A stretch of 64,000 nt of DNA from Camelus dromedarius (lineage: Eukaryota): NCBI RefSeq assembly GCF_036321535.1, contig NC_087436.1:65536001-65600000 (forward strand), written 5' to 3'. Positions 12,836 through 25,160 of the stretch are shown here, one piece after another (the first letter of the stretch is position 1; every line of letters begins with the position of its first letter). Below the pieces are notes generated by a model, which made no database searches, was not told where the DNA came from, and saw nothing but the letters and a program-made list of their open reading frames with translations. The translations under genes and the position numbers were made by a program.

Positions 12836-14329
12836 AATACAAAGGTAGAGATGGGAACACTTCATAGATATTTTGTTATGGTGTTATATTTGACAAGACA
12901 TGTATTTAATTGGAAGTGGGTTATGTGGGAGGAAACAAGGACGAGTTTGGTTCTTAGATTTCTGTCTTGGAAATTTAATATAGAAAATGAGTGTTAGTAA
13001 GTGATATATACTAATAGTTATTATACTTATCCCTTCCCCTAATATCCACACTTATTCCTCATCTCTATACTCATAACGTTTATTGCCTATTTAACTCTTT
13101 TTTTCAAACTTCATTTAACCCTAAGATTTTAATATTCTTCTTGCCATCCTCCCCAAAATAAACTGGGAGTCCTTTCCACAATATGGTATCATTGTGGATA
13201 TCTATCTAAATAATAATGGTCATAAGGTAAATGTGGGCAAGGATTATGTCTATATTGTAACTAGTTAATGCTCAATGCCTACTAGAGAGTGGACACTAAA
13301 AACATTTGATATATACATAAATAAATGAAGGAAGTATGTGCGAAAGGGAGTGAGGGAAGACAAGATGAAAAGAAGTAGGAGGCTTGAGATTAGATATTAT
13401 ACAACAAGAAAATCATTATGTGTATTCATAACATCAATTTGGGATTTTCTGAAATAATAAATGTGTACTCGTGCAAATATATATATCTACATCAATTTTC
13501 AATCACAAGTATGTTACATATACTATATAACATAAATTTTAATGATATGAAGATGAGATTTTAACTGAAATATTTATGTTAAGCACATTACATGGAAAAT
13601 AAACATATTACAGAATTAAATTATAAATATGATATTATGATAAATAAAATTATCTTTAACCTGCTGTTTCACTATTGAATGGCCATAAAGGAAAACTCTC
13701 AACAAGTTACTTTTGGAAAATACATTCCTCATAATTAATTGCAGTTCATAAACAAATCTTCAAATAACCCCCAAATCATAAACCGTCTGAAGTTTTAAAG
13801 TAAACTCTGATCTTCTGCTTTAGTGTGTGTGAATACATGAGTCATATAGTCAAGATACTTATAAAGAAGCATGATTTAAAGCTCCAAAGAACTAAAATTC
13901 ATAAACTACTAAGGTTGGTTATTTATTTATTTATTATTTATTATATATGGATTAAGCATCAATTATCACACTAGAAAAGATTAAAAATGCTGGGGGTATA
14001 GAGGTATCCTATGCTCAAATAACTTACATTTAGTTCACTGGGTAGAGAGTAGGAGGCAAAATTAAAATTAATAATATGTAGTCAATTAAGTGCTAAAGTA
14101 AGTGTAAGATAATAAATCTTTCAGAGACTAGATGAGTGCTAGTTCAGCTAACCAAGGTATGGTAAAGGCAATTTTCTATAGTGGGTATTATCCTTAACAG
14201 AAGTATAAAACAGAAAGACATGAGCATGAATTAAGTCATTAGAAATCAGATTGTGAAAATATCTAAAAGCCACGGATTTCTGGGAGTAAAAATAAACAAA
14301 ATATATGGGAGGCAAAGATCAATATAAGG

Positions 14330-14665
14330 GTTACTACTTGGTAATAAAAAAATTAAAGTACTGATAAAAGCTATAATACGAATAACCTTCAAAAGCATCA
14401 TGTTCAGTGAAAGAAGGCATACAGATTGTATGATCCCATTTATACACATACAGAAAACAGCAAACAATTTGAAACTAGAGACAACAGAAACTACATTAGT
14501 TGTTGCTCAAGCCTGGGGATGGGAAAGGGGAATGACAGTATAAGGTTTCTATTTAGGATGATGGCAATGTTATAAAATCAGATTTTGGTGTTAGTTGTAT
14601 AACTCGGTAAATATATTAAATTCATTAAATTGTATATTTAAAACAGAATAAATAAATAAATTAGA
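14330..14665 (+). mobile_element. L1MB-like 3' end
   Basis: 'aaccttcaaaagcatcatgttcagtgaaagaagg...gattgtatgatcccattt...taaggtttctatttaggatgatggcaatgtt...ttaaattgtatatttaaaa'. Confidence 0.8.
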
Positions 14666-15265
14666 CTGAAAATTTACACAAAATTTAAATATAGAGACAT
14701 TACTGGATAGATAAATGCAAATTACATACTCTGTTTATTCTGTAATATACATATCTTGATCCTCACCACCATGTTGGTAAACAACTGACCTGAAACAAAC
14801 TACACTGGAATATAAAGCCTTTAAATTTTTTTCTTAGTCATTTTGAAAAACACACAGATATTTATATCCAAATCATAAGCAATCTGTTTCTGAGGGACTA
14901 CTGGCTATTTATAACAAATCATAAGTAATCAGTTAGAACTGATTATAAATAATAAATAGCTATGACTATACCCCATGTATTAAATGGGAAAAATTGTAAT
15001 GTGATTGTGATTAATTTGTGTGTCTGTGTGTGCATGTGTGTTTAACTATGTATATAACTATTATGAGAATCAATGTGGAAAGCATTCCTTTTTAATAACT
15101 GATCAAATCAAAGAGAAATTTTCAGATAGTGTATTATAATTAAACAGTGAAATGTGTATATAATTATGACATATTTTATATTGTAAAGTTATTTCAAATC
15201 TAAGCTTGTAATTAAATTTATATAATTTGGATTAATATTATATAATATACTTTGTTGTAAATATA

Positions 15266-15770
15266 CAGATATTTGTCAACATAGGATGGGGTTATGTCCT
15301 GATAAAACCATCATAAGTTGAAAATATTTTAAGTCAAAATGCATTTAATACACCTAATCTACTGAACATCACAGCTTAGCTTAGCCTACTTTAAACGTGC
15401 TCAGAAGACTTAGACTAGCCTATAATAGGGCAAAATCATCTAACACAAAGTCCATTTTATAGTAATAAAATGTTGAACATCTCATGTAATTACTGAATAC
15501 TGTACTGAAAGTGAAAAACAGAATGGCTGTATGGGTGGCGGGTGGTTGTGAGTGTATCACTTGTTTAACCTCAAGATTACATGGCTGACGTGGATCTGTG
15601 GCCCCTGCCACTGCCCAGCATCACTCGAATGTATGCACTGCCTATTGCTAGCCCAGGGAAAGATCTAAATTCAAAATTTGAAGAACAGTTTCAATTGAAT
15701 GAATATTGCTTTCATACCATCCTTAGGTTGAAAAATTGTTAGTAAGCCATCATAAATTGGGGCCCATCTG
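15266..15770. mobile_element. Tc1/mariner Tigger5/MER47-type non-autonomous DNA transposon
   Basis: TA|cagat...atctg|TA termini (TA TSD); body 'gatggggttatgtcctgataaa...aatgcatttaatacacctaa...gggcaaaatcatctaacacaaag' matches recalled MER47 consensus. Confidence 0.9.
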
Positions 15771-17059
15771 TATTATGGACTGTCATGTTTACGTAAAATC
15801 TGTCATTATATTTTCTAATTTTCTAGTGTAAAAAGACTTCTACAAATGGAAATAGGAAAAAACATTATACAACTATGAATATGCATTTTAAAATCTTTCA
15901 CTGTGATTCATTTCAAAACCCATTCACCCAAATCAACTATATAGCTTAAAGTTGGAAAGATGAAGTTAGGATTTGAATTACCAAATTACAACTCAACTAA
16001 ATCAATTAACAGCTTACATACCACCAACATACAAGAAATGTATTTAGCAATTTACTCATTAGTCATAAAATTTTTACCAGCTCACTCATTAAAAAAAAAA
16101 AAGACCAGTATTTCTTAAAATATTCAGAGTATGAGTTCATTACACTGCTAATCTCTTTTGGTAATATGTTAATGCATTTATTGAATAAATATTATATGAG
16201 CACTGTTAGGCACACCTATATCTTAGTAAGCTTGTTTGTCATTACAGTTTGTTCAGATTTTGCCAAAAGGTGATGTAATTAGCCATATAGTTCTATGAGT
16301 TTGTACAGAGTTGCATAACTACCTCCAAAATTAAGATACAGAACATTTCATCACCCTAAACAATGCCTTCATGCTTCTTAGCATTCAATCAATTCCATCT
16401 GTCCCCAGTCCTATTCTGATTTCATTCACTCTTTCTGTAAGTCTGGTTGTTAGAACTAAAGTTGAAAGTATCATTAGAATCAAATATTTCTTCTCTGGGC
16501 TTAGGAATGACAACTGAGACTCAAAGAGGTACCTTATCCAAATAAAAGAAAAATAATTGCCACTTGTAAAATAAGTCCTTATAATAGCCTCACAATCAAC
16601 TGTTAAACATTATTCAACTATATCTACCTATTGATCATAAAAGACTTACAATTCAGAACAGGTCAACTAAAAATATAAAAATTTCTTTTTGAAGTGTGAC
16701 TTGAGATGGAATAGTAGATCTTTATGATGCCCCTTCTCCTTTATTTGAGCTGGATTTTTTGGGTTTCTGTTCTTTGCACAAGCTAATAATACTTTCCTGA
16801 CTTCATCTTCCCTCTCTAGAAATATTTTAGTTGGATTTTTCTCTACAGTCTGGCTATTAAAATTGGTATTTCTTAGGTATATATTTCAGAACGTTTTTTC
16901 TTTGGACTTGATATCCACTCCTTCTTGGCTTCATTTGATATCCATGCATCATGACAATATAAATAACATAATTCTAAGATATAAATACCCAATCAAAGAA
17001 CTTTTTTGTGTATTTAAAACATATATGAAACAATTTACTAAAATATATAGTTATATTGA

Positions 17060-18440
17060 GCAGGAATCTCAAATACAACATGTCCAAAAATAAACTCACT
17101 TTCTCCCTTCCACTTACTTCCTCATGTGTTCCCAGCCTCAGTGAGTGAGGCTGAACTATGCTCAGCTTCTTTATCCAGACACCTGGAGTTTGTATTTGAT
17201 TATTTTTTTGTCCCTTAAACCAACTTCACTCAGTTACCATGCCATGGTTTGTTAACTTTTTCTCCTACATGTCTCTACTTCCTCAGTTTTCCTCTTTCCT
17301 ACCATAACTGTCTTTAGTCTATGACACTCTATACTTTGCTCTTACATCAGCGTCATCCTAAATGGCTTCCTGCATATCCCATTCCATCTATTACCACATT
17401 AGAATATTAGTGATTTCTCAGAAATGACATTTTATTCATGCCACTCATCCACTGATTATCCACTGCCCTAGGAAAATCCAGGCTGTCGTATCTAGAGTTT
17501 GTGTTCCATCACCAGTCATTTCTGTAGCTTCAGAAATTAACTTTCAGTAATTACCCTTCGCCTTCTATATTTAAACTTTACCAAGAACCTCACCTGTTTG
17601 CCTTCACTTACATTGTCTTTTCTGCCGGGGGCAATAATTTCTCATGTGCCAAGCTAATTTCTATTCTCTTTTTTAAAAAGAAGCTTTAATATCATCTTCT
17701 TAATGAAACTTTGCCTTGTCCCCCTAGACAGGAGACAAAGTTTTCTTCTTTTTCTTTCACCCAGTATCTTCTTGTCTTAGTTTTCTATTCCTGTTATAAC
17801 ACACTAGCAAAAATTCAGTGGCTTAAAACCTCACATATTATTACCATGTAGTTCTGTAGAAGTCCAACACGAGTCTCATAAGGTTCCTTTTCTGGAGGCT
17901 CTAGGGTTGAATTCACTTTCTTGCCTTTTCTAACTTCCAGAGGCTGCCTCCTTCCTTGCCTCATGAAGCTCTTTACCCATATTCAAATCAGCAACATCAC
18001 ATCTCTCTGACTCTTCTTCCACAGTTAATGTCTCTTTTTGCCCATAGCTAGGAAAGAATTTCTGATTTTAAGAACTGATGTGTTAGACTGGTCCTACCTA
18101 CATAACTTAGAATGTTCTACCTACCACAATATAGGTAATCACATCTACACACAAGGTAAGGTATTGGAAAGTTTCAGGGATTAAGACATCAGAGCTAAGT
18201 CATTATGACAAAGACATCTTTGGAGAGTCATTATCCTACCCACCACAGTTCCCATTTTATCTTTTCTTCCACTTTCTATGTATGTAACAGCACTGCAATT
18301 TTTACTGAATGCTTGTTTTCTTGGATTAATCTACGAAGTATAATGTTTCAACTTTATTTCCTACTCTCTAGACAATTGAGAGTTCCTCTTAAATATCTGT
18401 TAATCCAAGCAGTGGCTACCTAGTACCTGGATCAAACTGA
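17060..18440 (+). mobile_element. L2 fragment, interrupted by the MLT1 LTR at 17773-18247
   Basis: 'tctcaaatacaacatgtccaaaaataaactc' and pyrimidine-rich L2 body; resumes after 18250 ('ctctagacaattgagagttcc...tagtacctgg'). Confidence 0.65.
17773..18247 (-). mobile_element. MaLR solo LTR (MLT1C/D-like)
   Basis: Starts 'tgtcttagttttctattcctgttataac', contains 'ttccttttctggaggctctaggg', ends 'tcctacccaccaca' (TG...CA). Confidence 0.85.
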
Positions 18441-18990
18441 AACTGAAACTATAAAAAATATTGTGGAATGTAATAAAAGTTATTCTATAATATTTGTAGT
18501 TATGAAACACATCTCTTCTATTTTTTGCCAAGGAACTCCCATTCTTTCTTTAGAACAGAATCCGTAGGGAAAGAACAATCATTGCAGGCAGCTGGTATTA
18601 TTTGAGTTATTCCCCTACATGAGTTAGTGACTAGCAGGTTTATGGAGTTTCTTCTTCCCAACAAGCAATATCCAATTTCTATTTAATATAAATTAATTCC
18701 ATATCCTTCCAAAATATTTTTAAAAATTTTTCAGATATTATGATTGCATTTTCAAAAAAATGTTTCATATATCATCATGGATAATTTCATGGAAAATGAG
18801 AAACAAGACAATCATCAATGGCTTCTTGCATAGTTCTTCCTCTAACCTGAAATAAATTCTGCTTTCTTTTATTCTTATGAGGCATGTTGGTTACTATTTT
18901 CATTTTTTAAAATAAAATACATATCAAGTATTGTATAGATTTGCTCATCTTTGATCTGTTTGTCCTAAGATACATTACTCATCTTTCTTC

Positions 18991-19225
18991 TGTTAGGCTC
19001 TTTCTCATAGAGTATACTGTTGGCCTCAGCCTTCCCCGTCCACCCACACGTGTAGTCACAGGTTGAATCTGGACAACGAGCAATAACTGGAATAAAACTG
19101 GACAGCAAGGCCTGAAGAAGTGAAAAGCCAAGATACATTTCTTACACTTTCTGCTTTGAACAGTATCTATCTCCAGCAATGGATATATCTCTTCCACGAT
19201 TCTAGATTCCATCATGTACTTGCCT
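18991..19225 (-). mobile_element. ERVL LTR fragment (LTR33-like)
   Basis: 'gaaaagccaagatacatttc...tctgctttgaacagtatct...agcaatggatatatctcttccacgattctagattcc' parallels recalled antisense LTR33. Confidence 0.55.
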
Positions 19226-21372
19226 CCTATTTTATTTTTCTTTTTTTGCCCTGAGATTTATGCTTTATTCAGAAACTCTTGTTTGATTTTTCATCATTTT
19301 AACTAAATTCATGAATTTTCTTTCTTTGAACAAGTCATACTTTTTTTGTTGTTTTCTATTTCAAACTGTAACTTATACACTTGTTTCACGTGCACATATT
19401 TAAAACATAAGGTAGTTTCTTTGGCACACATTTAAAACAGTTCTGACTAATACAAAGCAACCTATTCTAACAATAAAATATTTTAAAATATATTTTTCTT
19501 GGAGGGGATTTTGGACAACATAAAATGTTAGACACATAGATGAAAATAATCAAATATGTACTTAAAACATCAAGCATACTAATTTATGTGTACATGCTCT
19601 AAATACACTGTAAAATATATATTTACTCTGAGACATTTTTATTTATTCTCTCATTCACGTAATGTTTTTAGTTAAAATTCCTAATATGCATCTCTGACAT
19701 CTGTGATTTTGTCATCATTAGAGATTTGGAGTTGAGAAATATGATGATTTTCTACAGTACATCATATTCATATCGGGGTAATTATTTAAGATAGATTTTT
19801 TTTTTGGAAAATAAGAATTTAATCCCACAAGCAGACATCTGCATAAAATTTTGGCAGATACCTTTCCACTTGTTCTGGTGGTATTTAACTATACTTTAAG
19901 CATATTTGTATTGCTTTCAGTAATGATTGGTAATAAAACTCAATTCCTGCAATTTCATGTTCATATTATTTTGGATAACTACTGAATTTGTTATAAATGA
20001 GCACCTTTTAAAATAAAATCAATTCTGAGTGTTTTGCATAATCAATGCTAGAAATGACTGAGATCTAAAATGTCTATTGAACCTCCCTCGAATAGAACTT
20101 TACTGTTTTCAATGCATTAATTTTGAGAGCACTTTATATTATGAGAAACTTTATAAGGACTCTTGTCTGAGGAATATTTTTTGAGATAGCATCATATTAG
20201 TATTCAGGCATATGTCAGGAGTAGACCTACCCATTGTCTATGTACTTACTATCTTAATAGGCAACACATATGTGTTAAAAACTTGCCCATTTAGCAGTAA
20301 GAAAGAAGCAAGTATTGCTTGATATTCACAAAAAATAAGTTACTTATTAAAATAAAGCTTGCTTATTTTAAAGTATTTGTCAGGGAGAAAGAATGGGAAA
20401 AATATATGATAACAAAATACATGATGGCTGTTACGTAAGGAAGATAATATTGTAATATATGCTAGGTTTGCAACAGATGCCATTCCATTGCTTTATTTCT
20501 CCTGAGAGAATTTACTTATCACTGAAGAGGATAGTTCTATGTATCATGTGATCAACCTTACTCTCCTAGTCATAATAATTGAATAAGCAGATTCAATCTT
20601 CAATCAGATTGTATCTTCTAAGTATTTGAAACTGGAACACTGAGAGACTCAGCCAGTTTATTGATGAACAGAAAACAAACTGCCCTATGAAATGTATCTA
20701 ATTACTAATAAGAATGATGATAGATGTAGTTAAGATTCTATGGATGGGAATTCTGGAAGGGTCTTGGTTTCCTCACTTGATTACTAGGTCAGTGTTTCCT
20801 TGGATCTGTGAAGTATATCTTCTTATAATAAACTCAAGGTAGCTTTAATGACTTTCCAATCACAGGCATTAATTTTTCTTTAAAAAATTCAGAGAGCTGA
20901 AATAATTAATTGGATAAAAATCCATGATCTGGCCACCTCCGCTTTATAAGATCTACTGTTTCATTTTTCTGCTGTGAATATAAATATATCCACCACCAAA
21001 AATTTTATATATACTTTTATTTAAAAAGATAAAAGTCATCTATAAGCCAGCTGCATATTAAACACTGTGCTATAAAAAGTGAAATATTATATTATTGAAT
21101 AATTTTGTTCTCACTTCTTAAATTTTATTCATTTGCTTTCATGTCTCTTTACTTATCTATTCTGTATATCTAGCTATAGAATCATGTTGTTTCTTTTCCT
21201 AATACAATTTCCTTTTATGGCCATTAATTTGAGTGCATTTGTTCACTGTATCATTGTACCATGTTTTCTAACATCTTATTTTATTTCATATATATGTGTA
21301 TACACACACATAACCATGCACAAATATCCATCAATTTAACAAGCATCTGCCATGTTCAAATATCATCCTGAT

Positions 21373-21709
21373 CTATACTGTCCAATTTGGTGTCTACCAG
21401 GCATAGGCATATAAGGCAATTCAAGCACTTTGAATGTGGCCAGTGGAATTGACATATTTTGTATGAGTAAAATAAACAACAGATTTAATTCTTAGATTAC
21501 AGTTAGGAAACATTTTAAAATATTTTGTTGATATTTTATGTTGATTACATGTTGAAACTATAATATTTTGGATGAAGTTAAGCAAAATACATTATTAAAA
21601 TTAAGTCAACTTTTTTTGGACCTTACTTAATGTGATTCCTTTAAAAGTGTAAAATTATATATTTGGCTTACATTTGCAATTCATGTTTTATTTCTGTTGG
21701 CCAACACTT
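21373..21709 (-). mobile_element. hAT-Charlie MITE, MER33-like
   Basis: 'ctgtccaat...agcactttgaatgtggccagt...ttgattacatgttgaaa...tttctgttggccaacact'. Confidence 0.75.
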
Positions 21710-24304
21710 CTAGCTAATAGAGTTGAAAGACACGTTCACTTTCAAAGAATATACAGACTAGTATGCAATAATAATCCACATAAAAATAATTTAATGTAAG
21801 CATTATATATTATATATAATATAATGTATTTTACATATTTCACAGTAAAAATTGAATTTGTGTTGAAATCTGAAGACTAGATAGGAGTTTAAAAGCTAAA
21901 AAAAAATTTATGCCACACATGATAGCAAACTGATATTTTAAAAGATGTGTACAGAACGATATGAATAAAAGCAGGTTAGAGGCATGTAACTAGGTAAGTG
22001 AAACACTGCATGTATATCTAGGGAATGGTCAGCCTTTTAGATATGTTCGGTGATAGTCCTAGCTGACTATCTCCATAAAGATCTGAAAAATATTCTTAGT
22101 CAGTATCTCTAAACAGAATTATATTTTATTTTAAAATTTACTCTAGTGAATAAATCAAATTTGTTTAAATATTTGGAAAAAGTACGCAATCTATTTTTTA
22201 TTTATAAATTTACTTGTTATTTGTTATTTCTCAATGTTACTATATTTCTTGAGAGGATAAAAACTTGGGTATTAACTGTATATGTACGACACATACATTA
22301 ATCATAGTTACTTGGGAATTCTGTAATTTTCATCTACCTTTGATTTTTAAGAGCATTAAATTTTGAACCTGAATGGCTAAAGAAAAAGAAAATAACACTG
22401 CTAGAAATTTCATGATCCTATTTTACCTCATTATCTCTTGTAGAGTCTCCTACTGTTTATAAAATTGAAAAATCATGCTGAGCTGAATGTCCAATGACCT
22501 GAATAAAATCGATTTTAACGTTGTGTATCCCTCATCTTAACTTAGTCATTGACAGTAACCAAAAAGAAAGTTAGGGCAGTCAATATCTCTTTATGTACTA
22601 CATGTGTAACTACTGTTTGTTTATGCTGTGAATTTACTTTGACACAAGGAACAAAACTGATAGAATTAGAGATCAGGACCATCATTCCCAAAACAAAGAT
22701 TAAGTCAATTCTAAATCCTCTCATTAAAACAGTGATCAAAATGACAGCTAAAATTTCAGAATAGAGTAAGTTTTAGATTAACTATGTATTTTAGATTACA
22801 GAATTTTATTATTTAAATTTGAAGGAGATGGTAAAATACAGATGTATTATACAAAGTTCATACAAATGTATTATTAAATATTCACATGTTATTTCAAAAA
22901 TACTTCAGTAAGAATGAGAGATATCAGAGATGGCATAACATATTAAGCTAGAGAAAGTAATTTTAGCTCTTACCTGTTCACTTCAAATATATATTGAAAA
23001 TGTAGAAAAAATTTATTCTACAAAGTAAATATAATAACATGAGGTCAAGTTAAAAACAGGAACAGGAAAAAAAATTTTGCTTTATTTTATATATCAGTCA
23101 CAATTTGAATGGAATTATAATTGCTATAACGTTTACTACTACATTAATGTATCTTGTCTTGAATAATTTGATACGAATTTATGAAAATATTCTGACTTCC
23201 ATTTGCAGAATCTAAGGGCAGGATTTTATTTTTAAACCAAAGTTCAAAAAGCCTGTTCTCTTGATGCTATTATAATGATACTTGTTTTCTTGACTCAGTT
23301 TTTTAATTAAACCCTCCTGCTGTTTGGAAACCATTGTTCGGGAATTCTGTTTTGTACCAGGAAGAGAAAAAGTACTGCAACATTTTCAGTCCTTCAGAAG
23401 ATGGTCTACTGGGAAGTTAGATCCCAGTGTCCCAGAAGGTATTAAATATAAAAGTAGCTTGGCACTGATTCACCTTAGTATAACTGCTAGAAAATTAGTT
23501 CACATTAAGCTGCATTTAAGTCATTTAGTGTAGTAATACTCTTCTCTTAAAACATCTCTAAAAATACGCTGAATATAAACATAATATCCACATATCCAAC
23601 TGTCCCAAGGAGATTTTGATTAATTTCTTATCCCATGAGTATAATCAAACTAGAAATGACCATTTGAAAAGCACTAACTGCAAAACATTTTGAAGCTTGT
23701 TTTTGATATTATTGCTTGTTTTAACAATATTTACAGGGGAATTAACAAAAGTATAAGCTTAGGAAATCATTATTAATCTCAAAGCATGTTTGTTTTTACA
23801 GGTGTCTCAAAGCATGTTTGTTTTTACTTACCAAAAGGACAGAATTACTTTTTAGAATAGCCTCATTGACCTTCATAATAGATACAAGAATAATTAGTGT
23901 GGGTATCTGATTAGCAGTTAAGTGGAAAATACTTGAAAAATTCGAAAATGTGGCACAAAATGTAGTTATTATTCAACTACATGAGCATACTGTTACATGG
24001 CCATTGCTTATTCATGCATGCTATGAACCAGTCCAAGCCCACTGATTATTAGTGGAATAAAAGATTGCTTTTCTCACTTTATCAGAGATAAATATTATTA
24101 CATTTTGAAAAATTAAAATAATACTATTTAAAGCTAAAAAAAATTTCCAGGGATTGATTTCAAGTGTAATCCTTTCACTTCAAACTGAGACAAATAGAAT
24201 TTGTCCAAAGTAGAATGTATTCGTAGAAGCAGAGAGACATTTACTACTCTTATAAATGATATTAAACAACATTAAGTAATAAATGTCTACCAGTCCAGGT
24301 GTCC

Positions 24305-24462
24305 AATTTATTTTTGTTTAATTTTTAATTTTAACTTCTTTTGTGGGGGGTAACTAGGTTTGTTTATTTATTTACTTATTTATTTAGTGAAGTTACTGGG
24401 GACTGAACACAGGATCTATGCATGCTAAGGATTTGCTCTACCACTGAGCTATACCATCTCCC
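24305..24462 (-). mobile_element. tRNA-derived SINE, Vic-1-like (camelid)
   Basis: Reverse complement reads 'gggagatggtatagctcagtggtagagc...cttagcatgcat...cctgtgttcagtccccagta', then (TAAA)n and 'aacctagttacccccc'; same family as 57749-57881. Confidence 0.85.
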
Positions 24463-24715
24463 ACCATTTTCTTAATATCCCTCAGTAGCCTACCTTTGCT
24501 GGGGTGAGGGGTGGAAGTTATATTATAGATAGTGTTTTAAATAATAGATCCCTGTTTTGTTATTTATTCTAGTAAAGTGACATATGCAAATGATATAAAG
24601 AACTAATAGTGTCACAGATATTATGAACTCAGTGGGATGATTTTTCTGTGCCAGGATCTGAATTTATAATCTATCACTGAGTGCTGATATACAGAGGCCA
24701 ATGCTGTTTAAAGAA

Positions 24716-25160
24716 TGTATTATTTGCATTTTCCTACAGAAGGAAGCATGCCATGCCACATTTGGCCACATGGGAAACACCAGGTTTCAGTGAGGAGGCA
24801 GAAGTCAGAAGTGAGGCGAAAGTGTGAGCTAGGGCCTTGACAGGGTTTCTGCAGGAAAAGGCAACAGGCAGAGTATACAGTGTAGGACTGGCTAGTTGGA
24901 ATAATTCCAGCCAGCACTGGGCTACAGGGGCGGTCTCTAGGACCTGACCCTGGAATGATTTAGGGCAGGGGAAACACTGACTTTGTGTGTAAAAATGAGA
25001 TAAGAAGGTGGATGGGGCATTGCCTAGAATCAGCAGGTCCTCACAGGAAACGCCAGTTCCAGGCAAGCTGTCTTGCAGCAGAGAGGTAAACACTTTGACT
25101 GATAGTTTGGTCCTGTGATTAATGGAGACCAAAAGACACACACAGATTCTAAGAAAACAC
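24716..25160. mobile_element. Probable ERV solo LTR (family uncertain)
   Basis: Sharp ~450-bp GC-richer block starting 'tgtattatttgc', LTR-like composition. Confidence 0.5.

Noticed and set aside
18979..19215. 78-aa ATG ORF / possible terminal exon
   Set aside because: Better explained as an antisense LTR33-like fragment
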